Of a DNA stretch of 64,000 nt, positions 10,224-18,580 are shown piece after piece (within the stretch, counting starts at the first letter, position 1; the number at the start of each line of letters is the position of its first letter). The position numbers were made by a program, and so were the translations under genes. The notes under the pieces are model-generated. The model was given only the letters and a program-made list of their open reading frames with translations. It had not been told where the DNA came from and did no database searches. The stretch is from an uncultured Gemmatimonadales bacterium (lineage in GTDB: Bacteria > Gemmatimonadota > Gemmatimonadetes > Gemmatimonadales > GWC2-71-9): positions 64,001 through 128,000 of the forward strand of contig CAWJIM010000023.1 of the NCBI GenBank assembly GCA_963842945.1, written 5' to 3'.

Positions 10224-12457
10224 TGCGCATCTGGACCGTGGCTCGGCGCGAGCTGAAAGCCTTGTTCGACTTGCCGACTGGATACGTGCTGCTGGTCGTT
10301 TTCCTTGCAATCAACGGATTTCTCTTTTTCCGCCAGGCCTATCTCACCCAGGTGGCGAGCCTCAGGCCGATGCTCGATGTGCTGCCCTGGCTCTTCCTCT
10401 TCTTCGTGCCGGCCGTCACCATGCGATCGCTGGCGGAGGACATCCGGGGCGGCCAGCTCGAGGTGGTATTGGCCCAGCCCCTGAGCGAGCTGGAGCTGCT
10501 GCTTGGCAAGTACGTCGCCTCGGTGTTGTTCCTCTGGATCGTTCTTGCCCTCACCATCTTCGTCCCGCTGGCGCTCTCGCTGGGCGCGGCCCTGCCCTGG
10601 GGGACGGTCATCGCCCAGTATGTCGGGGCCGGCCTCCTGGCTGCCGGCTTTGCCGCGATCGGGACCTGGGCCTCGAGCCTGAGCCGGAGTCAGATCACCG
10701 CGTTCATGCTGGCGCTGGTATTGATGTTCGTGCTGATTCTGGTGGGACTCAACCCGCTGCTGGTTGGCCTTCCCGCCGGACTTTCCGCCATTGCCGCCCG
10801 GATCGGCGTGCTCTCCCACTTCGAAAGCATTGGACGCGGGGTGCTGGACCTCCGGGACATCATCTACTTCCTCTCCCTCGCGGGCATTTTCCTGGCCCTG
10901 GCGTACGGCGCTCTGCTGAGCCGAAAGCTCGCGCCCAAGGGCGGGGCATTGCGCCGGCTTCGCCTCGGCGTTGGTTTGCTCACGGCATCACTGATCGTGG
11001 TGAACCTGCTGGGGGGATACATCGGAGGCCGGCTCGATCTCTCGCCGGGGAAGGCCTACACCCTTTCCCCCGGCACTCGGCGGGTGCTGGGCAATCTCGA
11101 CGACCTGGTGACGATCAAGGTCTTCGCTACGGCCGAGCTCCCGACCGAGGTTGCCCTGATGAAGCGCGACGTGGACGACCTCCTTCGCGACGTGCGCTCC
11201 GCGGGCCATAACCGGATCCGGGTAATCGAGCGCGACCCGTCGAAAGATCAGGCCGCCCAGAAGGACGCGCAGTCCCTCGGCATCGAGCCGGTTCAGTTCA
11301 ACGTGATCGGCCAGTCCGAGCTGCAGGTGAAGCAGGGCTACCTGGGGCTCGCCATTCAGCACGGCGACCAGACCGAAGCCGTCCCCTTTGTGCAGCACAC
11401 CGACGACCTGGAGTACCGGCTGGTCTCCTCGATTCGGAATCTGACTCGGGCCAAGAAGCCGGTGATCGGAATCATGACGGAGCAAGCGGCCGATCCGGGC
11501 ACGGGATTCCAGCACCTGCAGGAGGAGCTAGGCAAATCGTACGAGGTTCGGCCCCTCAATCCTTCCGATACCGCCAAGGGCGACACCGCATTGGCCGCCG
11601 TGGTGCTCGCGGGAGCTCCTGATTCGGTGCCTGCGCCGCAGCTCAAGCGGCTGCAGGACTACGTGAACGGCGGGGGCAGCATCCTCGTGCTTGCCGGCGG
11701 AATGAAGATGTCGCCCCAGATGCCGATGGCAAACCCGCAGCCGCCGCCCTGGAACACGCTGCTGCAGCACTTCGGCGTTTCGGTGCGGGGAGACATGGCG
11801 TACGATCTCGTGGCCAATGAGGCGATTCCGGTGCCCAGCGACTTCGGCCGAGTGCTGCAGCCCTATCCCTTCTTCATCCGGGCCGAGAGCAGCCGTCTGT
11901 CGTCGGTAAACAAGGACATCGGCGCCGTCGTTCTCACCTGGGCCAGCACCATCGATACCACAAAGGCCACCAAGGGGACGGTGACGCCGCTGCTGGCCAC
12001 CAGCCGGGGTGCCGGGACGTTTACCAACGCGACTTCCATCGACCCCCGGAGCGACTTTCCCAAGACCGACCTCGGCCGCAAGCTGCTGGGGGTGCTGGTG
12101 GCCCCCAAGGACACGGCCCGGGCCGCCGGCAAGAAGGGACGCGCGGTGGTGGTCGGAAGCAGTGACTTCGCAACCGATCGCTTCATCCAGTTCGCGCCCG
12201 AAAATCTCGGCCTTGCGCTGAACGCGGTGGACTGGCTGGCCCAGGATGAGGAGCTGATCGCGATCAGGTCGAAAGATCGGCAACCGGTTCCCCTGGTATT
12301 CCAGAGCGCGGTCGAGCGAGACGTGGCCAAGTATGCCAACCTGATCGGGCTGCCGCTGCTGGTGGCGCTGCTCGGCCTGGCGCACCTGATACAGCGCCGG
12401 CGCCGGACCCGCGATCCCTATCGGCCTCTGGTTCCGGCCGGGCAGGCGGCCACATGA
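10223..12457 (+). CDS. Fused ABC-2 permease (GldF-like) and ABC auxiliary domain (GldG-like)
   Basis: N-terminal multi-TM permease (ARRELKALF, PAVTMRSLAED, HFESIGRGVLDLRD), then RLDLSPGKAYTLS, DLEYRLVSSI, NAVDWLAQDEELIAIRSK and a final TM helix. Confidence 0.85.
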   Translation: MRIWTVARRELKALFDLPTGYVLLVVFLAINGFLFFRQAYLTQVASLRPMLDVLPWLFLFFVPAVTMRSLAEDIRGGQLEVVLAQPLSELELLLGKYVASVLFLWIVLALTIFVPLALSLGAALPWGTVIAQYVGAGLLAAGFAAIGTWASSLSRSQITAFMLALVLMFVLILVGLNPLLVGLPAGLSAIAARIGVLSHFESIGRGVLDLRDIIYFLSLAGIFLALAYGALLSRKLAPKGGALRRLRLGVGLLTASLIVVNLLGGYIGGRLDLSPGKAYTLSPGTRRVLGNLDDLVTIKVFATAELPTEVALMKRDVDDLLRDVRSAGHNRIRVIERDPSKDQAAQKDAQSLGIEPVQFNVIGQSELQVKQGYLGLAIQHGDQTEAVPFVQHTDDLEYRLVSSIRNLTRAKKPVIGIMTEQAADPGTGFQHLQEELGKSYEVRPLNPSDTAKGDTALAAVVLAGAPDSVPAPQLKRLQDYVNGGGSILVLAGGMKMSPQMPMANPQPPPWNTLLQHFGVSVRGDMAYDLVANEAIPVPSDFGRVLQPYPFFIRAESSRLSSVNKDIGAVVLTWASTIDTTKATKGTVTPLLATSRGAGTFTNATSIDPRSDFPKTDLGRKLLGVLVAPKDTARAAGKKGRAVVVGSSDFATDRFIQFAPENLGLALNAVDWLAQDEELIAIRSKDRQPVPLVFQSAVERDVAKYANLIGLPLLVALLGLAHLIQRRRRTRDPYRPLVPAGQAAT

Positions 12458-13404
12458 GCGCCAAGCAGCTCGTACGGCTCGCGGCAATCCTCGGGGTCCT
12501 GCTTCTGGTGTGGGGCGCCGCTGCTCTCGCGCGTCGGCGGGAAGCGACCCCGACAGCTGATACGTTCCGCCTGCCGAAGATCATCCGGTCCGAGGTCGAC
12601 ACCGTAACCATTTTACGGGCCAAGGACACCACCATCCTGGCGCGGAGGGACACCAATAGCTGGACGGTGAACGGGCATCCCGCCTCCCCGAATGCCGTGG
12701 GCGATCTCTTCACCGCCCTCAAGGACAGCGCTCCCGCCAGCGAGCTTGTGGCCGAGCGGAAGGGGTCCCACGCGGGATTGGGAGTGGACGACAGTGCGGG
12801 ATCGAAGGTCCGGATCAAGGGAAAAGGCAAAACTCTGGCCGATCTGGTGCTGGGCAAACGGTCGCAGGATTTCTCTGGCGGCTACGTTCGGCGGGCCGAC
12901 CAGGAGTCGACCTACGCGGTACGCGGTCAGCTCATCGATGTGCTGAACCGGAGCCCGGATGACTGGCGGGAGCACCGGATTGCCAGGATTGCGAGCGACA
13001 GCGTCGCCCGGATCGAGATAGCCCGGGGACGCAAGAGCTATGCGCTTCTGAGAAACGAAAAGAGTTGGAAGCTCGCCACCGGCGCTCCGGCCGACTCCGC
13101 CAAAATGGGAGACTTGCTGACCGCCTACAGCTCGGTGGACGCTACCGGCTTCGCCTCGCCAGCGCAGGCAGACTCGGCACACTTCGGACAGCCTGACCGG
13201 CGGGCGCGGCTTCTGCGAAAGAACGGAACTCCAATCCTCACCCTCCTCTTCGATTCGACCGCTGCCGGATTTTGGGTGCGGCCCGATACCAGCAAGACCG
13301 TCTATCGGATCGAGAGCTGGACCGCAGATCGCCTGGCGCCGGCCGATACCACGCTGCGGATGCAGCGCAACGCAAAATCGGAGTCACCTAACCCCAAGAA
13401 CTAG
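12454..13404 (+). CDS. DUF4340-like membrane-anchored periplasmic protein
   Basis: N-terminal TM, two repeated halves, YVRR and DDWRE motifs; coupled to the GldG-like gene. Confidence 0.7.
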   Translation: MSAKQLVRLAAILGVLLLVWGAAALARRREATPTADTFRLPKIIRSEVDTVTILRAKDTTILARRDTNSWTVNGHPASPNAVGDLFTALKDSAPASELVAERKGSHAGLGVDDSAGSKVRIKGKGKTLADLVLGKRSQDFSGGYVRRADQESTYAVRGQLIDVLNRSPDDWREHRIARIASDSVARIEIARGRKSYALLRNEKSWKLATGAPADSAKMGDLLTAYSSVDATGFASPAQADSAHFGQPDRRARLLRKNGTPILTLLFDSTAAGFWVRPDTSKTVYRIESWTADRLAPADTTLRMQRNAKSESPNPKN

Positions 13405-13409
13405 GCTGC

Positions 13410-13646
13410 TCAGAGCCTCTCGGGAGGCCTCGGCTGAGTTGCGCCGGGGCCCCAATCATCTCCCGGAAATTCGTCCTCCGGCCTTTGCTGCGATTCCAGG
13501 TCTCGCACCTCCCGTTCGGCGGCTTCCAGCTCCTCATAGTCAATCCCGCTGTCCCCATGGAGACGCGGCCCCGGATGTCTCCGGTCGCGTCTAAACCAGA
13601 TCACCAGAGCGGCGAGGGCCGCCAGGGCAATGAGCAGGGTTCCCAT
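13410..13646 (-). CDS. Small single-pass membrane protein
   Basis: Hydrophobic N-terminus plus acidic tail (IDYEELEAAEREVRDLE...DDWGPG). Confidence 0.55.
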   Translation of the reverse strand: MGTLLIALAALAALVIWFRRDRRHPGPRLHGDSGIDYEELEAAEREVRDLESQQRPEDEFPGDDWGPGATQPRPPERL

Positions 13647-13677
13647 GGGCTCGGTGATTATGGGCAAACTTCGTCAC

Positions 13678-15000
13678 TCAAAACGATGTCAGACCATCGA
13701 CCGTCGCCCGATGGGTGATCAATGGCGTGAGTCTGCCGGACTCTCCAATCGTGATCGCCTCACTGAGCGCCTTCATCGCGCGGTCGATCCCATCCGCGTT
13801 GCGGGCGAAGACCGAGGCGAGCGGCTCGCCTTCAGTCACGGAGTCACCCGGTTTTACCGGAATGACGAATCCTACCGCGGGGTCGATCGTATCCTCGATC
13901 GTGCGGCGGCCACCTCCCAGCTCCACGATGGCTCGACCGATCCGGCGCGGTTCTATTTGAGTCACCACCCCATTTCGTCGGGCACGGAAGACTTCAACCT
14001 CGTCCGCCTGCGGCAAGCCCTCCGGATTCTCGAGGACGCGGGGATCTCCGCCCTGCGCCTCGATGATCCGGCCGAAGGTTTCCAGCGCCCGGCCCGAGGT
14101 GACGCTGTCCTCGAGCTTCCGCCGAGCTTCGGCTGGATTCGCCGCTGCCCCGACCAGAAGCAGCATCTCGACTCCGAGAGCGTAGGTGACCTCCATCAGG
14201 TCCTCCGGCCCGTCACCCCGCAGGCCCTGGATCGACTCCTCGACTTCCAGCGCGTTACCACACGATCGTCCCAGTGGGCGGTCCATCGCCGTGAGCAGTG
14301 CCACAGTGGGGCAGCCCCTTTCGTGCCCCAATTCGATCATGGTCCGGGCCAGCTCGATGGCCTGGGAAGTCTCGGGCATGAACGCGCCGCTCCCGGTCTT
14401 CACATCGAGCACCAAGCCGTTGAGCCCTTCAGCCAGCTTCTTCGACATGATGCTGGCCGAGATCAAGGGGATCGACTCGACCGTTCCGGTGACGTCCCGC
14501 AAGGCATAGAGTCGCTTGTCGGCCGGCGCAATCTCCGGAGTCTGCCCCAGCATGGCGCAGCCGATCCGCTGCACCTGCGCCTCGGCCTCTCGTAGCGAGA
14601 GGTTGGTCCGAAAGCCGGGGATGGACTCCAGCTTATCCAGCGTACCGCCGGTATGTCCCAGACCCCGGCCCGACATCATCGGGACGGCCACGCCGCAACT
14701 GGCCACCAGGGGCGCGAGCAGGAGTGAGACCTTGTCCCCAATGCCGCCGGTGGAGTGTTTGTCCGACACCGGTCGGTTGAGCTGGTCGAACCGGAGCCGG
14801 TCCCCCGAAGCGATCATCGCATCGGTGAGCGCCCCCAGTTCCGCGGACGAGAGCCCGCGAAATACGACGGCCATCAGCAGTGCCGACATCTGATAGTCGG
14901 GCACCCGGCCGTCGGTGTATTCGCGGATCAGCTGCTTCCATTCTTCGGGCTCGAGTGCATTCCCGTCGCGCTTGTGCTGGATCAGAGACGGGATCACCAT
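13678..15000 (-). CDS. pdp: Thymidine/pyrimidine-nucleoside phosphorylase
   Basis: DKHSTGGIGDK, MSGRGLGHTGGTLDKLESIPGF, LRDVTGTV, SIMSKK, LDVKTGSGAFM. Confidence 0.93.
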   Translation of the reverse strand: MVIPSLIQHKRDGNALEPEEWKQLIREYTDGRVPDYQMSALLMAVVFRGLSSAELGALTDAMIASGDRLRFDQLNRPVSDKHSTGGIGDKVSLLLAPLVASCGVAVPMMSGRGLGHTGGTLDKLESIPGFRTNLSLREAEAQVQRIGCAMLGQTPEIAPADKRLYALRDVTGTVESIPLISASIMSKKLAEGLNGLVLDVKTGSGAFMPETSQAIELARTMIELGHERGCPTVALLTAMDRPLGRSCGNALEVEESIQGLRGDGPEDLMEVTYALGVEMLLLVGAAANPAEARRKLEDSVTSGRALETFGRIIEAQGGDPRVLENPEGLPQADEVEVFRARRNGVVTQIEPRRIGRAIVELGGGRRTIEDTIDPAVGFVIPVKPGDSVTEGEPLASVFARNADGIDRAMKALSEAITIGESGRLTPLITHRATVDGLTSF

Positions 15001-15020
15001 TCGGAGTCAACCATGGAGTC

Positions 15021-15806
15021 ATGCATCTCGTGTTGAAGCTTTCCCTGAGAGCGATTCTCGCCCTGGCCGCGCTCCCATCCGGACTGAGCTCCCAGACACC
15101 GGCCGACCATGTGGGCCTCGGGATATCGGCTGAGGAGGCGCACGATGTGCGCACCGCGCTGCAGCACTACCAGGCCGCTCTCGATCAGGACTCCTCCAAT
15201 TACGACGCGAACTGGCGAGGTGCACTGACGCTGCTCACGCTGGGCGAGCAGCTCGCCGGCTCGAAGAACCCGGAGCGAGACTCCCTGTATGCCCAGGCCG
15301 AGCGGTACGCCCGCCGGGCCGTAACCTCTGATCCAGCCGGGGCTGACGGCCACTTTGCCCTGGCCGCCTCACTCGGGCGGGTGTCCCTCACCAAGGGCAC
15401 GAAGGAGCGAATCAAGAGTGCCGGAGAGATCCGGAGAGAAGCGTTGCGTACCCTGGCCTTGAACCCGAAGCACGACGGGGCCTATCACATTCTGGGACGC
15501 TGGAACGCCGAGATCATGCGCATTTCCGGGTTCAGCCGGTTCTTCGCCAAGAAATTCCTGGGAGCCGGGGTCTTCAACCAGGCCTCGTGGGACCAGGCGA
15601 TCTATAACATGGAGAAAGCAGTCGAGCTGGATTCGACTCGCATCTATCACCACCTGGAGCTGGCGGAGATCTACGTCGACCGAAAGCGGCTCGCGGATGC
15701 TAAAACCCAGCTTCGAATGGTTAACTCCCTACCCCTGCGGGAAGTCATGGATACGGCGTACAAGCGAGAAGGCGCGGCGCTGAGCCGCCGCCTCGCCAAG
15801 CACTAG
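15021..15806 (+). CDS. Exported TPR-like helical repeat protein
   Basis: Signal peptide; TPR-like helices (ALQHYQAAL, ALNPKHDGAYHILGRWN, HHLELAEIY). Confidence 0.7.
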   Translation: MHLVLKLSLRAILALAALPSGLSSQTPADHVGLGISAEEAHDVRTALQHYQAALDQDSSNYDANWRGALTLLTLGEQLAGSKNPERDSLYAQAERYARRAVTSDPAGADGHFALAASLGRVSLTKGTKERIKSAGEIRREALRTLALNPKHDGAYHILGRWNAEIMRISGFSRFFAKKFLGAGVFNQASWDQAIYNMEKAVELDSTRIYHHLELAEIYVDRKRLADAKTQLRMVNSLPLREVMDTAYKREGAALSRRLAKH

Positions 15807-16144
15807 TCCGCGCTCTCCTTCACTTCCTTTGCCCGCTCCCGGGCGCGCTCCCGCAGCCGTTCCAATTCCAGCTTGAGCCGCCGCTTGCGCCGGCTTAGCT
15901 CCTGGCTGGTTCGGCTGCCTGCGCGATCGAGGCTATCCATTGCATCCGACTGAAGCTCGCGCATCCGCCCGCGGAGACGCTTGCGCATGTCTCCTCCCCG
16001 CTCGGGGGCGAACAGTAGGGCGAGTCCGGCGCCGAGAAACGCGCCGAATACGATGCCGGCCACAAACCCGGCCCTTCCGTGGGCTGAGTCGGAGATCTCG
16101 ATCTTGGTCTCCGCCAACTCCGGAGTTTCCTCAGTGTTCTTCAT
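15803..16144 (-). CDS. YtxH-domain protein
   Basis: GFVAGIVFGAFLGAGLALLFAPERGGDMRKRL followed by a coiled coil. Confidence 0.8.
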   Translation of the reverse strand: MKNTEETPELAETKIEISDSAHGRAGFVAGIVFGAFLGAGLALLFAPERGGDMRKRLRGRMRELQSDAMDSLDRAGSRTSQELSRRKRRLKLELERLRERARERAKEVKESAD

Positions 16145-16221
16145 TTGCGGCTCCGTTTTTTGCGCTGGCTAAGAAGCTAGCTGAGGAGGCTGGACGGCGG
16201 TACGGTTTCCTGCGGGAATGG

Positions 16222-16917
16222 TCAGTCGACCAGGCGGTAACCTACCCCTGGCTCGGTGAGAAACAGTCGCGGACGCGTGGGGTCGCGCTCGAGCTTGTGG
16301 CGGAGCTGACCCATATAGACTCTGAGGTAGTGGCTCTGCTCGGCGTAGTTTGGGCCCCAAACCTCCTGTAGCAGCTGCCGGTGAGTGACCACCCGGCCGG
16401 CGTTTCGAACCAACACCGCCAGCAGCTTGTATTCGGTTGGGGTAAGGTGGGCAGCTTCGCCGGCCCGAAAGACCTGCCGCCGTGCCATATCGACCTTGAG
16501 ATCGCCGGTTTCGAAGCTGGTTTGACCGTTTCCTCCGGGAGCAAGGCTGGAGTGTCTCAGGGCCACCCGAATTCTCGCCAGAAGCTCGGGCACCCCAAAC
16601 GGTTTGGTCAGATAGTCATTGGCGCCCAGATCCAGCGCATTCACCTTGTCGCGTTCCTGTCCCCGGGCAGAGATCACGATGATCGGTGTGCGGGTAGTTC
16701 GGCGGAGCTCTCGGGTTACCTCGAGACCGTCCCGATCGGGTAGGCCGAGGTCGAGCAGGATGATTTCAGGGTTGCGCCCAGCAGCTTGGGCCAATCCCTC
16801 GCGCGCCGAGGCGGTCTCCACCACCTGATACTGATGCGCCCGCAGGGTTGCACCGAGAAAGCGGCGCATCTGGGGCTCGTCCTCGATCAGCAGCACCAGC
16901 GGATTTACCGTGGTCAA
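16222..16917 (-). CDS. kdpE: OmpR-family response regulator, KdpE-like
   Basis: LDLGLPDRDG, ALDLGANDYLTKPFG, HLTPTEY, VTHRQLLQEVWG, HYLRVYMGQLRHKLE, TEPGVGYR. Confidence 0.9.
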   Translation of the reverse strand: MTTVNPLVLLIEDEPQMRRFLGATLRAHQYQVVETASAREGLAQAAGRNPEIILLDLGLPDRDGLEVTRELRRTTRTPIIVISARGQERDKVNALDLGANDYLTKPFGVPELLARIRVALRHSSLAPGGNGQTSFETGDLKVDMARRQVFRAGEAAHLTPTEYKLLAVLVRNAGRVVTHRQLLQEVWGPNYAEQSHYLRVYMGQLRHKLERDPTRPRLFLTEPGVGYRLVD

Positions 16918-16918
16918 C

Positions 16919-18454
16919 TCAGTCCTCAGCTACCGAGGCCGGCACGGGGCGGGGCGCGGGTCCGTCAAGGGGGATGCTAAACCGAAATACCGCCCCTTTC
17001 GCTCCATTCCGCTCCAGCCAGATTCGCCCGCCGTGCGCCGTGATGATGCCTCGGCAGATCGTCAGTCCGAGCCCGGATCCACCAGCGGGCGCGCTCCGGT
17101 CAGCGCGGGAGCTGCGATGAAACTTGCGAAAGATGGTCTCTTCCTCCCCCTCCAGGACGCCGTCGCCTTCGTCCGCTACCTCAACCACCACAGTGCCATT
17201 CTCCGGCCAGGCGGAGATGTTGATCGGTGTGTCCGCCGGAGTGTGGCGGATGGCATTCTCGAGCAGGTTGATGAAAACCTGCTCGATCAACAGCTCGTCG
17301 ACCGGGACCAGCGGCAGCGAGTCAGGCAGTCTGGTCTTCACCGGATGTCCGGCCAGGCGTTCGTCCAGGCGTAACAGCGCCACCCCCAGCGCTTCTTCCA
17401 GTGGTTGCCATTCCTTTCTCACCATCAGGGCGCCGGTTTCCACCCGCACCATGTCCAGCAGATTGGCGATCAATCGCGTCATGCGCCTGGATTCTTCCAG
17501 GATCGTCTCCGCCATATCCTGGCGAGCCTCCGGTGACAGCAACCCTGAGCCCTGGAGCAAGCTGCTGGCCGCCCCTTCAATGCTGCCCAGGGGCGTGCGG
17601 AGATCGTGCGAGAGCGAGCTCAGGAGCGCGGTCCGGAGCCGCTCGGATTCCACCTCTACCCGCGCCTGTTCGCGCCCTTCGGCGAGCTGCGCGCGTTCGA
17701 ACGAGGTCGCCGCCTGTTCTGCCAGCGTCTCGATCATCCGGCGCCGCTGCGGCGAAAGCAGGTCCTCGGGGCTTCGAGGGGAAAAGATCACGATGCCCAT
17801 AGTCCTGGTGGAGCTCTTGAGCGGCACCACCAGTGCTTCCGCATCCGCTCCGTGTGCGGTTCCCCAGCCCGCGCTTTCTCCCCGCTCGAACGCCATCCGG
17901 GCCGCCACTCGCACCGCCACGCTGTCGACGGCCTCGAGCTCAGGCCCGCCGGTTTCGGCAGGTCCAGTGGTGTCGCTCAGCAGCATGAGCGCTTCGCCCT
18001 GGCCGGCATAGGAAATGTGCCGCGCCGCAATCGCAATCTGCTCGTCCAGGCCGGACGCGACCGCCAGTTCCCGGCTCAGGGTATACTGGGCCGCCGCCAA
18101 CTGCTCGCCTTCGCTCGCCTCCTCCGCTTGTTCCCGGATCCGCCCGGTAAGCTGGCTCATGCCCATGGCGACCACGAGCATGACCGCAAAGGTGAGGAAG
18201 AACGCGGTGTTGTGAACATTGAAGGTGTAGAACGGTGGCACGAATCCGTAGTCGAATGCTGCGATGCTCAAGACCGATGCCACCAGAGCCGGACCCCGCC
18301 GGTGCCGGTAGGCGACCACCACCACCGCCAGCAGGTACAGCATGGCCACGTCTATGGTCTGCAGGTACGGACGCAAGGCGAGGGCGATGCCAGTGGCAAC
18401 GCCGATGATGCCGATCGCCCAGCCGTATTCTCCCAGAGGAACCCGCGTCATCAT
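16919..18454 (-). CDS. kdpD: KdpD-like sensor kinase, short form (4-TM DUF4118, GAF-like, HisKA, HATPase)
   Basis: AMLYLLAVVVVA, FDYGFVPPFYTF, ERLRTALLSSLSHDLRTPL, NLLENA, GSGLGLTIC; 511 aa, with no N-terminal KdpD or Usp domain. Confidence 0.85.
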   Translation of the reverse strand: MMTRVPLGEYGWAIGIIGVATGIALALRPYLQTIDVAMLYLLAVVVVAYRHRRGPALVASVLSIAAFDYGFVPPFYTFNVHNTAFFLTFAVMLVVAMGMSQLTGRIREQAEEASEGEQLAAAQYTLSRELAVASGLDEQIAIAARHISYAGQGEALMLLSDTTGPAETGGPELEAVDSVAVRVAARMAFERGESAGWGTAHGADAEALVVPLKSSTRTMGIVIFSPRSPEDLLSPQRRRMIETLAEQAATSFERAQLAEGREQARVEVESERLRTALLSSLSHDLRTPLGSIEGAASSLLQGSGLLSPEARQDMAETILEESRRMTRLIANLLDMVRVETGALMVRKEWQPLEEALGVALLRLDERLAGHPVKTRLPDSLPLVPVDELLIEQVFINLLENAIRHTPADTPINISAWPENGTVVVEVADEGDGVLEGEEETIFRKFHRSSRADRSAPAGGSGLGLTICRGIITAHGGRIWLERNGAKGAVFRFSIPLDGPAPRPVPASVAED

Positions 18455-18491
18455 ACCCTCCTTCGCATCACCTGAAAGCTAGGGCATAGTC

Positions 18492-18513
18492 GTATCAAGA
18501 TTGTATAAAGATT
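18492..18513. promoter_or_regulatory. Candidate KdpE-binding direct repeat
   Basis: GTATCAAGATT GTATAAAGATT: adjacent 11-mers, one mismatch, AT-rich, in the divergent intergenic region. Confidence 0.6.
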
Positions 18514-18580
18514 CTTGCTGCCCGCCTGACAGCACCGCCTGGACGGCGTATCCTCGTCAGTCCATGACGAGGGGAAACTT

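Noticed and set aside
9282..13404. Gliding-motility machinery
   Set aside because: No GldK/L/M/N, SprA or Agl/Glt genes nearby; GldA/F/G-like transporters also occur in non-gliders.
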